Below, one piece after another: positions 1 through 13,671 of a stretch of DNA of 64,000 bases. Location: assembly GCF_009914755.1 (NCBI RefSeq), contig NC_060939.1; one strand, given 5' to 3'. This stretch comes from the human T2T-CHM13v2.0 reference genome, Homo sapiens. A program made the translations under genes and the position numbers. The notes below the pieces were generated by a model. The model searched no databases and had not been told where the DNA came from. It saw only the letters and a list, made by a program, of their open reading frames with translations. The first letter of the stretch is position 1. Each line of letters opens with the position of its first letter.

Positions 1-47
1 CCTATCTTCTGTCTTACTCTGTTTCCTTGCCTGCCTGCCTGTCTGTG

Positions 48-87
<40 letters not shown>

Positions 88-197
88 CCTTTCTCTTTCT
101 CTGTCTCTCTCTCTCTTTCTGGGTGTTTCTCTCTGTCTCTCTGTCCATCTCTGTCTTTCTATGTCTGTCTCTCTCTTTCTCTCTGTCTCTGTCTCTG

Positions 198-232
<35 letters not shown>

Positions 233-1151
233 GTCTCTCTCACTGTGTGTGTCTGTCTTCTGTCTTACTCTCCTTCTCTGCCTGTCCGTCTGTCTGTCTG
301 TCTCTCCCTCTCTCTCCCTCCCTTTCTGTTTCTCTCTCTCTCTCTTTCTGTCTGTTTCTCTCTTTCTCTCTCTGTCTGTCTCTTTCTCTGTCTGTCTGTC
401 TCTCTCTTTCTTTTTCTCTGTCTCTCTGTCTCTCTCTGTGTCTGTCTCTCTGTCTGTGCCTATCTTCTGTCTTACTCTCTTTCTCTGGCTGTCTGCCTGT
501 CTCTCTCTCTCTCTCTGTCTGTCTCCGTCCCTCTCTCCCTGTCTGTCTGTTTCTCTCTCTGCCTCTCTCTCTCTCTGTCTGTCTCTTTCTCTGTCTGTCT
601 GTCTCTCTCTTTCTTTTTCTCTGTCTCTCTGTCTCTCTCTGTGTCTGTCTCTCTTTCTGTGCCTATCTTCTGTCTTACTCTCTTTCTCTGGCTGTCTGCC
701 TGTCTCTCTCTCTCTGCCTGTCTCCGTCCCTCCCTCCCTGTCTGTCTGTTTCTCTCTCTGTCTCTGTCTCTCTGTCCATCTCTGTCTGTCTCTTTCTCTT
801 TCTCTCTCTCTGTCTCTGTCTCTCTCTCTCTCTGCCTGTCTCTCTCACTGTGTCTGTCTTCTGTCTTACTCTCTTTCTCTGCCTGCCTCTCTGTCTGTCT
901 GTCTCTCTCCCTCCATGTCTCTCTCTCTCTCTCACTCACTCTCTCTCCGTCTCTCTCTCTTTCTGTCTGTTTCTCTCTCTGTCTGTCTCTCTCCCTCCAT
1001 GTCTCTCTCTCTCTCTCTCTCACTCACTCTCTCTCCGTCTCTCTCTCTCTTTCTGTCTGTTTCTCTCTCTGTCTGTCTCTCTCCCTCCATGTCTCTCTCT
1101 CTCCCTCTCACTCACTCTCTCTCCGTCTCTCTCTCTCTTTCTGTCTGTTTC

Positions 1152-1212
<61 letters not shown>

Positions 1213-1245
1213 GTCTTTCTCCCTCCCTGTCTGTCTGTCTGTCTC

Positions 1246-1278
<33 letters not shown>

Positions 1279-1360
1279 TTCTCTTTCTGTCTGTTTCTCT
1301 CTATCTCTCGCTGTCCATCTCTGTCTTTCTATGTCTGTCTCTTTCTCTGTCAGTCTGTCA
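1..1360 (+). repeat. CT/CTGT-rich compound repeat (end of LR2 of the previous unit)
   Basis: (TC)n/(TCTG)n with recurring TCTTCTGTCTTACTC. Confidence 0.95.
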
Positions 1361-1627
1361 GACACCCCCGTGCCGGGTAGGGCCCTGCCCCTTCCACGAG
1401 AGTGAGAAGCGCGTGCTTCGGTGCTTAGAGAGGCCGAGAGGAATCTAGACAGGCGGGCCTTGCTGGGCTTCCCCACTCGGTGTACGATTTCGGGAGGTCG
1501 AGGCCGGGTCCCCGCTTGGATGCGAGGGGCATTTTCAGACTTTTCTCTCGGTCACGTGTGGCGTCCGTACTTCTCCTATTTCCCCGATAAGCTCCTCGAC
1601 TTCAACATAAACTGTGAAGGCCGGACG

Positions 1628-1830
1628 CAACACGGCGAAACCCCGTCTCTACTAAAAATACAAAGCTGAGTCGGGAGCGGTGGGGCAGGCCCCTGTAATG
1701 CCAGCTCCTCGGGAGGCTGAGGCGGGAGAATCGCTTGAACCAGGGAAGCGGAGGCTGCAGGGAGCCGAGATCGCGCCACTGCACTACGGCCCAGGCTGTA
1801 GAGTGAGTGAGACTCGGTCTCTAAATAAAT
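1628..1830 (+). mobile_element. 5'-truncated Alu at the LR2 boundary; also at 45577-45779
   Basis: GAAACCCCGTCTCTACTAAAAATACAAA...GGAGGCTGAGGCGGGAGAATCGCTTGAACC. Confidence 0.9.
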
Positions 1831-3014
1831 ACGGAAATTAATTAATTCATTAATTCTTTTCCCTGCTGACGGACATTTGCAGGCAGGCATCGGTTGTCTT
1901 CGGGCATCACCTAGCGGCCACTGTTATTGAAAGTCGACGTGACACGGAGGGAGGTCTCGCCGACTTCACCGAGCCTGGGGCAACGGGTTTCTCTCTCTCC
2001 CTTCTGGAGGCCCCTCCCTCTCTCCCTCGTTGCCTAGGGAACCTCGCCTAGGGAACCTCCGCCCTGGCGGGGGCCCTATTGTTCTTTGATCGGCGCTTTA
2101 CTTTTCTTTGTGTTTTGGCGCCTAGACTCTTCTACTTGGGCTTTGGGAAGGGTCAGTTTAATTTTCAAGTTGCCCCCCGGCTCCCCCCACTACCCACGTC
2201 CCTTCACCTTAATTTAGTGAGTCGGTTAGGTGGGTTTCCCCCAAACCGCCCCCCCCCCCCCGCCTCCCAACACCCTGCTTGGAAACCTTCCAGAGCCACC
2301 CCGGTGTGCCTCCGTCTTCTCTCCCCTTCCCCCACCCCTTGCCGGCGATCTCATTCTTGCCAGGCTGACATTTGCATCGGTGGGCGTCAGGCCTCACTCG
2401 GGGGCCACCGTTTTTGAAGATGGGGGCGGCACGGTCCCACTTCCCCGGAGGCAGCTTGGGCCGATGGCATAGCCCCTTGACCCGCGTGGGCAAGCGGGCG
2501 GGTCTGCAGTTGTGAGGCTTTTCCCCCCGCTGCTTCCCGCCTCAGGCCTCCCTCCCTAGGAAAGCTTCACCCTGGCTGGGTCTCGGTCACCTTTTATCAC
2601 GATGTTTTAGTTTCTCCGCCCTCCGGCCAGCAGAGTTTCACAATGCGAAGGGCGCCACGGCTCTAGTCTGGGCCTTCTCAGTACTTGCCCAAAATAGAAA
2701 CGCTTTCTGAAAACTAATAACTTTGCTCACTTAAGATTTCCAGGGACGGCGCCTTGGCCCGTGTTTGTTGGCTTGTTTTGTTTCGTTCTGTTTTGTTTTG
2801 TTCGTGTTTTTCCTTTCTCGTATGTCTTTCTTTTCAGGTGAAGTAGAAATCCCCAGTTTTCAGGAAGACGTCTATTTTCCCCAAGACACGTTAGCTGCCG
2901 TTTTTTCCTGTTGTGAACTAGCGCTTTTGTGACTCTCTCAACGTGCAGTGAGAGCCGGTTGATGTTTACTATCCTTCATCATGACATCTTATTTTCTAGA
3001 AATCCGTAGGCGAA

Positions 3015-3100
3015 TGCTGCTGCTGCTCTTGTTGCTGTTGTTGTTGTTGTTGTTGTCGTCGTTGCTGTTGTCGTTGTCGTTGTTGTTGTCGTTGTCGTTG
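3015..3100 (+). repeat. (GCT/GTT/GTC)n trinucleotide repeat
   Basis: Direct reading. Confidence 0.9.
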
Positions 3101-3179
3101 TTTTCAAAGTATACCCCGGCCACCGTTTATGGGATCAAAAGCATTATAAAATATGTGTGATTATTTCTTGAGCACGCCC

Positions 3180-3775
3180 TTCCTCCCCCTCTCTCTGTCT
3201 CTCTGTCTGTCTCTGTCTCTCTCTTTCTCTGTCTGTCTTCTCTCTCTCTCTCTCTCTGTGTCTCTCTCTCTCTGCCTGTCTGTTTCTCTCTCTCTGCCTC
3301 TCTCTCTCTCTCTCTCTCTGCCTGTCTCTCTCACTGTGTCTGTCTTCTGTCTTACTCCCTTTCTCTGTCTGTCTGTCGGTCTCTCTCTCTCTCTCTCCCT
3401 GTCTGTATGTTTCTCTCTGTCTCTGTCTCTCTCTCTCTTTCTGTTTCTCTCTCTCCGTCTCTGTCTTTCTCTGACTGTCTCTCTCTTTCCTTCTCTCTGT
3501 CTCTCTCTGCCTGTCTCTCTCACTCTGTCTTCTGTCTTACTCTCTCTCTCTGCCTGCCTGTCTCTCTCACTCTCTCTCTCTGTGTGTCTCTCTCTCTCTT
3601 TCTGTTTCTCTCTGTCTCTCTGTCCGTCTCTGTCTTTCTCTGTCTGTCTCTTTGTCTGTCTGTCTTTGTCTTTCCTTCTCTCTGTCTCTGTCTCTCTCAC
3701 TGTGTCTGTCTTCTGTCTTAGTCTCTCTCTCTCTCTCTCCCTGTCTGTCTGTCTCTCTCTCTCTCTCCCCCTGTC

Positions 3776-3820
<45 letters not shown>

Positions 3821-4093
3821 TTGTCTTTCTTTCTGTCTCTGTCTCTCTCTCTCTCTCTGTGTGTCTGTCTTCTGTCTTACTGTCTTTCTCTGCCTGTCTG
3901 TCTGTCTGTCTCTCTCTGTCTGTCTCTCTCTCTCTCTCCCCCCTGTCGGCTGTTTCTCTGTCTCTGTCTGTGTCTCTCTTTCTGTCTGTTTCTCTCTGTC
4001 TGTCTTTCTCTCTCTGTCTCTTTCTCTCTGTCTCTCTGTCTGTCTCTGTCTCTCTCTCTGTCTCTCTCTCTCTGTGGGGGGGTGTGTGTGTGT

Positions 4094-4130
<37 letters not shown>

Positions 4131-4381
4131 TGCCTTCTGTCTTACTCTCTTTCTCTGCCTGTCTGTCTGCCTGTCTGTTTGTCTCTCTCTCTCTGCCTGT
4201 CTCTCTCCCTTCCTGTCTGTTTCTCTCTCTTTCTGTTTCTCTCTGTCTCTGTCCATCTCTGTCTTTCTCCGTCTGTCTCTTTATCTGTCTCTCTCCGTCT
4301 GTCTCTTTATCTGTCTCTCTCTCTCTTTCTGTCTTTCTCTCTCTGTGTATCGTTGTCTCTCTCTGTCTGTCTCTGTCTCTG

Positions 4382-4414
<33 letters not shown>

Positions 4415-4470
4415 GTCTGTCTGTCCGTCTGTCTGTCTCGGTCTCTGGCTCTCGCTATCTCCCGCCCTCT
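3180..4470 (+). repeat. CT/CTGT-rich compound repeat with (GT)n at about 4082-4128; also at 47129-48419
   Basis: Low-complexity pyrimidine strand. Confidence 0.95.
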
Positions 4471-5757
4471 CTTTTTTTGCAAAAGAAGCTCAAGTACATC
4501 TAATCTAATCCCTTACCAAGGCCTGAATTCTTCACTTCTGACATCCCAGATTTGATCTCCCTACAGAATGCTGTACAGAACTGGCGAGTTGATTTCTGGA
4601 CTTGGATACCTCATAGAAACTACATATGAATAAAGATCCAATCCTAAAATCTGGGGTGGCTTCTCCCTCGACTGTCTCGAAAAATCGTACCTCTGTTCCC
4701 CTAGGATGCCGGAAGAGTTTTCTCAATGTGCATCTGCCCGTGTCCTAAGTGATCTGTGACCGAGCCCTGTCCGTCCTGTCTCAAATATGTACGTGCAAAC
4801 ACTTCTCTCCATTTCCACAACTACCCACGGCCCCTTGTGGAACCACTGGCTCTTTGAAAAAAATCCCAGAAGTGGTTTTGGCTTTTTGGCTAGGAGGCCT
4901 AAGCCTGCTGAGAACTTTCCTGCCCAGGATCCTGTGTGACCAAAAGTGCCTCTGCTGGGAGCTGGGATCCTCGGGACCATGCTTGCTAGCGCTGGATGAG
5001 TCTCTGGAAGGACGCACGGGACTCCGCAAAGCTGACCTGTCCCACCGAGGTCAAATGGATACCTCTGCATTGGCCCGAGGCCTCCGAAGTACATCACCGT
5101 CACCAACCGTCACCGTCAGCATCCTTGTGAGCCTGCCCAAGGCCCCGCCTCCGGGGAGACTCTTGGGAGCCCGGCCTTCGTCGGCTAAAGTCCAAAGGGA
5201 TGGTGACTTCCACCCACAAGGTCCCCACTGAACGGCGAAGATGTGGAGCGTAGGTCAGAGAGGGGACCAGGAGGGGAGACGTCCCGACAGGCGACGAGTT
5301 CCCAAGGCTCTGGCCACCCCACCCACGCCCCACGCCCCACGTCCCGGGCACCCGCGGGACACCGCCGCTTTATCCCCTCCTCTGTCCACAGCCGGCCCCA
5401 CCCCACCACGCAACCCACGCACACACGCTGGAGGTTCCAAAACCACACGGTGTGACTAGAGCCTGACGGAGCGAGAGCCCATTTCACGAGGTGGGAGGGG
5501 TGGGGGTGGGGTGGGTTGGGGGTTGTGGGGTCTGTGGCGAGCCCGATTCTCCCTCTTGGGTGGCTACAGGCTAGAAATGAATATCGCTTCTTGGGCGGAG
5601 GGGCTTCCTTAGGCCATCACCGCTTGCGGGACTACCTCTCAAACCCTCCCTTGAGGCCACAAAATAGATTCCACCCCACCCATCGACGTTTCCCCCGGGT
5701 GCTGGATGTATCCTGTCAAGAGACCTGAGCCTGACACCGTCGAATTAAACACCTTGA

Positions 5758-5991
<234 letters not shown>

Positions 5992-6036
5992 TAGATTCGA
6001 GCCACACCTCATTCCGTGCCACAGAGAGACTTCTTT

Positions 6037-9000
6037 TTTTTTTTTTTTTTAAGCGCAACGCAACATGTCTGCCTTATTTGAGTGGCTTCCTATATCATTA
6101 TAATTGTGTTATAGATGAAGAAACGGTATTAAACACTGTGCTAATGATAGTGAAAGTGAAGACAAAAGAAAGGCTATCTATTTTGTGGTTAGAATAAAGT
6201 TGCTCAGTATTTAGAGCTACCTAAATACGTCAGCATTTACACTCTTCCTAGTAAAAGCTGGCCAATCTGAATAATCCTCCTTTAAACAAACACAATTTTT
6301 GATAGGGTTAAGATTTTTTTAAGAATGCGACTCCTGCAAAATAGCTGAACAGACGATACACATTTAAAAAAATAACAACACAAGGATCAACCAGACTTGG
6401 GAAAAAATCGAAAACCACACAAGTCTTATGAAGAACTGAGTTCTTAAAATAGGACGGAGAACGTAGCTATCGGAAGAGAAGGCAGTATTGGCAAGTTGAT
6501 TGTTACGTTGGTCAGCAGTAGCTGGCACTATCTTTTTGGCCATCTTTCGGGCAATGTAACTACTACAGCAAAATGAGATATGATCCATGAAACAACATAT
6601 TCGCAAATCAAAAAGTGTTTCAGTAATATAATGCTTCAGATTTAGAAGCAAATCAAATGATAGAACTCCACTGCTGTAATAAGTCACCCCAAAGATCACC
6701 GTATCTGACAAAATAACTACCACAGGGTTATGACTTCAGAATCATACTTTCTCTTGATATTTACTTATGTATGTATTTATTTTTTTTAATTTATTTCTCT
6801 TGAGACGGCGTCTCGCTCTGTCGCCCAGGCTGGAGTGCGATGGTGTGATCTCGGCTCACTGCAACCGCCACCTCCCTGGGTTCAAGCGATTCTCCTGCCT
6901 CAGCCTCCCGAGTAGCTGGGACTACAGGTGCCCGCCACCACGCCCAGCTAATCTTTATACTTTTAATAGAGACGGGGTTTCACCGTGTCGGCCCGGATGG
7001 TCTCGATCTCTTGACCTCGTGACCCGCCCGCCTCGGCCTCCCAAAGTGCTGGGATGACAGGCGTGAGCCACTGAGCCCGGCCTTCTCTTGACGTTTAAAC
7101 TATGAAGTCAGTCCAGAGAAACGCAATAAATGTCAACGGTGAGGATGGTGTTGAGGCAGAAGTAGGACCACACTTTTTCCTATCTTATTCAGTTGATAAC
7201 AATATGACCTAGGTAGTAATTTCCTATGTGCCTACTTATACACGAGTACAAAAGAGTAAAACAGAGAGACTGCTAAATTAAAGGGTACGTGAAGTTCTTC
7301 ATAGTAACTCCGTAAACTGGAACACTGTCAAAAAGCAGCAGCTAGTGAATTGTTTCCATGTATTTTTCTATGATCCAATAAGTGAACTATGCTATTCCTT
7401 TCCAGTCTCCCAAGCACTTCTTGTCCCCATCACCACTTCGGTGCTCGAAGAAAAAGTAACAAATCAAGGAACACAACTAAAGAAACACACACACAAACCA
7501 AAGACAACTACAGCGTCTGCAAAAGTTTGCTAGAAGACTGAAACTGTTGAGTATAAGGATCTGGTATTCTACGATGATCATGAGTTCACTTCAGAGTTTG
7601 TTCAAGACATACGTTTCGTAAGGAAACATCTTAGTTAGAAGTTATTCAGCAGTAGGTACCATCCCTAAGTATTTTTCACCAAATTCGTGACAATAAAGAG
7701 CTATCTAACCAGAAAAATTAGCGAGTACCGGCACCATCCATAGGGCTTTGTCTTTACGCTTCATTAGCACTTACCATGCCTTACAATGTCTAGGATTGAC
7801 CCTGATAGCATTTCGAAAACAAGCTAATGCTTTGTCCAGTTCTTCAGTGAAGACAAGCTCACGCCCTAATGCGCTATAGGCATAAGCATCATTTGGATCC
7901 ACTTCGAGAGTTCTCTGGAAGAATTGAATCGCAATATCGTGTTCCCGTTGCAGACCGAAACAGTTCCCTGCAGCACACCAGGCCTCTGGCTGGCGAATTT
8001 TTATCCATGTCTGTGAAGTCTTTGGACAGAACTGAAAGAGCAACCTCTTTCGGAGGATGCCAAAGTGTTGTAGAGTAGATCTCCATGCCTTCGACTCTGT
8101 AATTCTCAATCCTCCTAACCTCTGAGAATTGTCTTTCAGCTTGCGTGGACTCTGAAAGTTTACAATAGGCCCTTCCGATTTGGCACAGTACCCAACCGGT
8201 ATTGCAGTGGTGAGAAGCTAGATGGCTCAAGATGCTGATAGCTTCTTTGCCGTGGTAAGAACACAAAGCTAAATAACCTTTCCCCCTTTCACGAAGAAGG
8301 CTCATCAAGCCTTCCGCTGCTGCTTTTTGTAGATTAAAAGCCTGAATCTGAGGCGCGATTGCGGCTATTTTCCCTTCTGAAATGACGGAAGAGTCCAATT
8401 TTGTCACTTCCAGGCTATCACTTATGTTCGGTGGAGTTATTGCTCCTTTATTAGTTTTACTTTTGGTTCTTCTGTTTGGGATTTTAGGTGGAAACTTCAT
8501 TTTTAATTTTCTCCTATTCTCCTCGGTTGTGGAGCTGTCACTAGTCAAGAGTCGTGAATTTCTTCGAGGCGGTGCATTTGGGGGAGATGCCATAGTGGGG
8601 CTCAATACCTGAGGTGTTGCCCTTGTCGGCGGACCAGAACTTTGTGTTTTTGCAAGGACTGGAGTTACCTTTCGGCTCTTTCCCCTCTGCGAGAAGACAG
8701 ACGGTGTTCCGGTTTGGCCGATTCTGGCAACAGGCTTTTCTGAAGGGGCTCCGGTGGATGGCACGTCAATGACAGACGGTGTCTCATACCAGTGCAGTTT
8801 TGTCAATAGGGTCCGTCTCCGGGACTTGGGGTTTCTAATGGCAAAATGCCAACACTTGGGGTTAATGGACTAACAGCTGCTGGTCCTCCTAATAAACTTC
8901 GACCAGTTTTTGGTTTATGTTGAACCTGTTTAGATCATATGGAAGTTCCTGTTCCCAGTGGGACAGTATCAGGTGAAAGGACAGCTGAATCGATAGAAGA

Positions 9001-9835
9001 CACTGGGGAGTCTGTATTCAAGGAGTACTTTGAATTGGAAGATTCTAAATTCCATCCGTTTCATTCGACGGTGTCCTGGGGTGTTTCCGTAAGAACGGTC
9101 TCGGGCTGTCTGTGACATAAACTAGGACGAGGTCCAAGTGTTGTGGCGCAACACTTGGACAGGCAGTTGCTAAAGCTCTCTAGAGAGGTGAATCAAAATG
9201 TTTGGTCAGGATCTGGCTTTTCCCCCCTATTTCACATCATGATTCAAAGGGACACCAGAGGAAAGGATTTCAACGAAGGCTCTTTTGGTCACATTCTGAT
9301 CCTTTGGTAAGCCGATCTGTCTTGCAATATACATGTCCCGACGATGGAAGGGGAAAGCGAGCTGAATCACCAAACTCAGGAACGATAATATCATCGTGGC
9401 TTTTCTGCTTATGAAACACTCCACCCGATAAGATTTGATCCCCTTCTGCAAGCTTGCTGAGATCAACACAACATTTCGCAAGCAGGCATTTGCATTGCGG
9501 GGTAGTACAACTGTGTCCTTTCAAGAGTCTATATGTTTTATAGGCCTTTCCTGAGCGGTAAGAACAGGTCGCCAGTAAGAACAAGGCTTCTTCTGAGTGT
9601 ACTTCTGCATAAAGGCGTTCTGCGGGGGAAACCGCATCTCGGTAGGCATAGTGGTTTAGTGCTTGCCATATAGCAGCCTGGACGGGTCCCTGCAGCACCG
9701 CCATCCTCGAGGCTCAGGCCCACTTTCTGCAGTGCCACAGGCACCCCCCCCCCCCCCCATAGCGGCTCCGGCCCGGCCAGCCTCGGCTCATTTAAAGGCA
9801 CCAGCCGCCGTTACCGGGGGATGGGGGAGTCCGAG
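6037..9835 (-). pseudogene. CDC27P: CDC27 (APC3) retro-pseudogene, frameshifted; spliced CDS 9704 to 7775 followed by an intron-like tail and poly(A)
   Basis: ORF fragments MAVLQGPVQAAIWQALNHYAYRDAV..., ...KLKMKFPPKIPNRRTKSKTNKG..., ...ELDKALACFRNAIRVNPRH match CDC27 without introns; multiple frameshifts; flanking direct repeats at 6021-6036 and 9836-9851. Confidence 0.93.
6764..7082 (-). mobile_element. Full-length Alu nested in the CDC27P tail; also at 50713-51031
   Basis: Alu dimer with TSD TTCTCTTGA(TA/CG)TTTA at 6749-6763 and 7083-7097. Confidence 0.95.
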
Positions 9836-10360
9836 ACAGAATGACTTCTTTATCCTGCTGACTCTGGAAAGCCCGGCGCCTTGTGATCCATTGCAAACCG
9901 AGAGTCACCTCGTGTTTAGAACACGGATCCACTCCCAAGTTCAGTGGGGGGATGTGAGGGGTGTGGCAGGTAGGACGAAGGACTCTCTTCCTTCTGATTC
10001 GGTCTGCACAGTGGGGCCTAGGGCTGGAGCTCTCTCCGTGCGGACCGCTGACTCCCTCTACCTTGGGTTCCCTCGGCCCCACCCTGGAACGCCGGGCCTT
10101 GGCAGATTCTGGCCCTTCCTGGCCCTTCAGTCGCTGTCAGAAACCCCATCTCATGCTCGGATGCCCCGAGTGACTGTGGCTCGCACCTCTCCGGAAACAT
10201 TGGAAATCTCTCCTCTACGCGCGGCCACCTGAAACCACAGGAGCTCGGGACACACGTGCTTTCGGGAGAGAATGCTGAGAGTCTCTTGCCGACTCTCTCT
10301 TGACTTGAGTTCTTCGTGGGTGCGTGGTTAAGACGTAGTGAGACCAGATGTATTAACTCA

Positions 10361-10525
10361 GGCCGGGTGCTGGTGGCTCACGCCTGTAACCCCAACACTT
10401 TGGGAGGCCGAGGCCGTAGGATCCCTCGAGGAATCGCCTAACCCTGGGGAGGTTGAGGTTGCAGTGAGTGAGCCATAGTTGTGTCACTGTGCTCCAGTCT
10501 GGGCGAAAGACAGAATGAGGCCCTG
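10361..10525 (+). mobile_element. Alu monomer or internally deleted Alu
   Basis: GGCCGGGTGCTGGTGGCTCACGCCTGTAACCCC...GAGGTTGCAGTGAG. Confidence 0.85.
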
Positions 10526-10624
10526 CCACAGGCAGGCAGGCAGGCAGGCAGGCAGAAAGACAACAGCTGTATTATGTTCTTCTCAGGGTAGGAAGCAAAA
10601 ATAACAGAATACAGCACTTAATTA

Positions 10625-10923
<299 letters not shown>

Positions 10924-10929
10924 GGCTAC

Positions 10930-11323
<394 letters not shown>

Positions 11324-11379
11324 TATTTATCTATTTATTAACTTTGAGTCCAGGTTATGAAACCAGTTAGTTTTTGTAA

Positions 11380-11507
11380 TTTTTTTTTTTTTTTTTTTTT
11401 TTTGAGACGAGGTTTCACCGTGTTGCCAAGGCTTGGACCGAGGGATCCACCGGCCCTCGGCCTCCCAAAAGTGCGGGGATGACAGGCGCGAGCCTACCGC
11501 GCCCGGA
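11380..11507 (-). mobile_element. Alu left-monomer fragment
   Basis: CCTCGGCCTCCCAAAAGTGCGGGGATGACAGGCGCGAGCC. Confidence 0.8.
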
Positions 11508-12321
11508 CCCCCCCTTTCCCCTTCCCCCGCTTGTCTTCCCGACAGACAGTTTCACGGCAGAGCGTTTGGCTGGCGTGCTTAAACTCATTCTAAATAGAAA
11601 TTTGGGACGTCAGCTTCTGGCCTCACGGACTCTGAGCCGAGGAGTCCCCTGGTCTGTCTATCACAGGACCGTACACGTAAGGAGGAGAAAAATCGTAACG
11701 TTCAAAGTCAGTCATTTTGTGATACAGAAATACACGGATTCACCCAAAACACAGAAAGCAGTCTTTTAGAAATGGCCTTAGCCCTGGTGTCCGTGCCAGT
11801 GATTCTTTTCGGTTTGGACCTTGACTGAGAGGATTCCCAGTCGGTCTCTCGTCTCTGGACGGAAGTTCCAGATGATCCGATGGGTGGGGGACTTAGGCTG
11901 CGTCCCCCCAGGAGCCCTGGTCGATTAGTTGTGGGGATCGCCTTGGAGGGCGCGGTGACCCACTGTGCTGTGGGAGCCTCCATCCTTCCCCCCACCCCCT
12001 CCCCAGGGGATCCCAATTCATTCCGGGCTGACACGCTCACTGGCAGGCGTCGGGCATCACCTAGCGGTCACTGTTACTCTGAAAACGGAGGCCTCACAGA
12101 GGAAGGGAGCACCAGGCCGCCTGCGCACAGCCTGGGGCAACTGTGTCTTCTCCACCGCCCCCGCCCCCACCTCCAAGTTCCTCCCTCCCTTGTTGCCTAG
12201 GAAATCGCCACTTTGACGACCGGGTCTGATTGACCTTTGATCAGGCAAAAACGAACAAACAGATAAATAAATAAAATAACACAAAAGTAACTAACTAAAT
12301 AAAATAAGTCAATACAACCCA

Positions 12322-12460
12322 TTACAATACAATAAGATACGATACGATAGGATGCGATAGGATACGATAGGATACAATACAATACGATACGATACGATAC
12401 AATACAATACAATACAATACAATACAATACAATACAATACAATACAATACAATACAATAC
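12322..12460 (+). repeat. (AATAC)n/(GATAC)n pentanucleotide microsatellite; also at 56271-56409
   Basis: Direct reading. Confidence 0.95.
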
Positions 12461-12830
<370 letters not shown>

Positions 12831-12832
12831 TG

Positions 12833-13297
<465 letters not shown>

Positions 13298-13569
13298 TTA
13301 ACTTCATTTTATGTTATTATCATGATTGATGTTTCGAGACGGAGTCTCGGAGGCCCGCCCTCCCTGGTTGCCCAGACAACCCCGGGAGACAGACCCTGGC
13401 TGGGCCCGATTGTTCTTCTCCTTGGTCAGGGGTTTCCTTGTCTTTCTTCGTGTCTTTAACCCGCGTGGACTCTTCCGCTCGGGTTTGACAGATGGCAGCT
13501 CCACTTTAGGCCTTGTTGTTGTTGGGGACTTTCCTGATTCTCCCCAGATGTAGTGAAAGCAGGTAGATT

Positions 13570-13599
13570 TGCCTTGCCTGGACTTGCCTGGCCTTGCCT
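13570..13599. promoter_or_regulatory. RGC p53 response element
   Basis: TGCCTTGCCTGGACTTGCCTGGCCTTGCCT, the classic ribosomal gene cluster p53-binding sequence. Confidence 0.85.
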
Positions 13600-13671
13600 T
13601 TTCTTTCTTTCTTTCTTTATTACTTTCTCTTTTTCTTCTTCTTCTTCTTCTTCTTCTTCTTCTTCTTCTTC

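Noticed and set aside
6364-6723. 119-aa hydrophobic ORF on the minus strand
   Set aside because: Lies in the intron-like tail of the CDC27 retrocopy with no recognisable homology; a chance ORF
7771-9704. CDC27-like ORFs (144, 305 and 112 aa) as a functional gene
   Set aside because: Frameshifts, many non-conservative substitutions and no C-terminal TPRs; treated as a pseudogene
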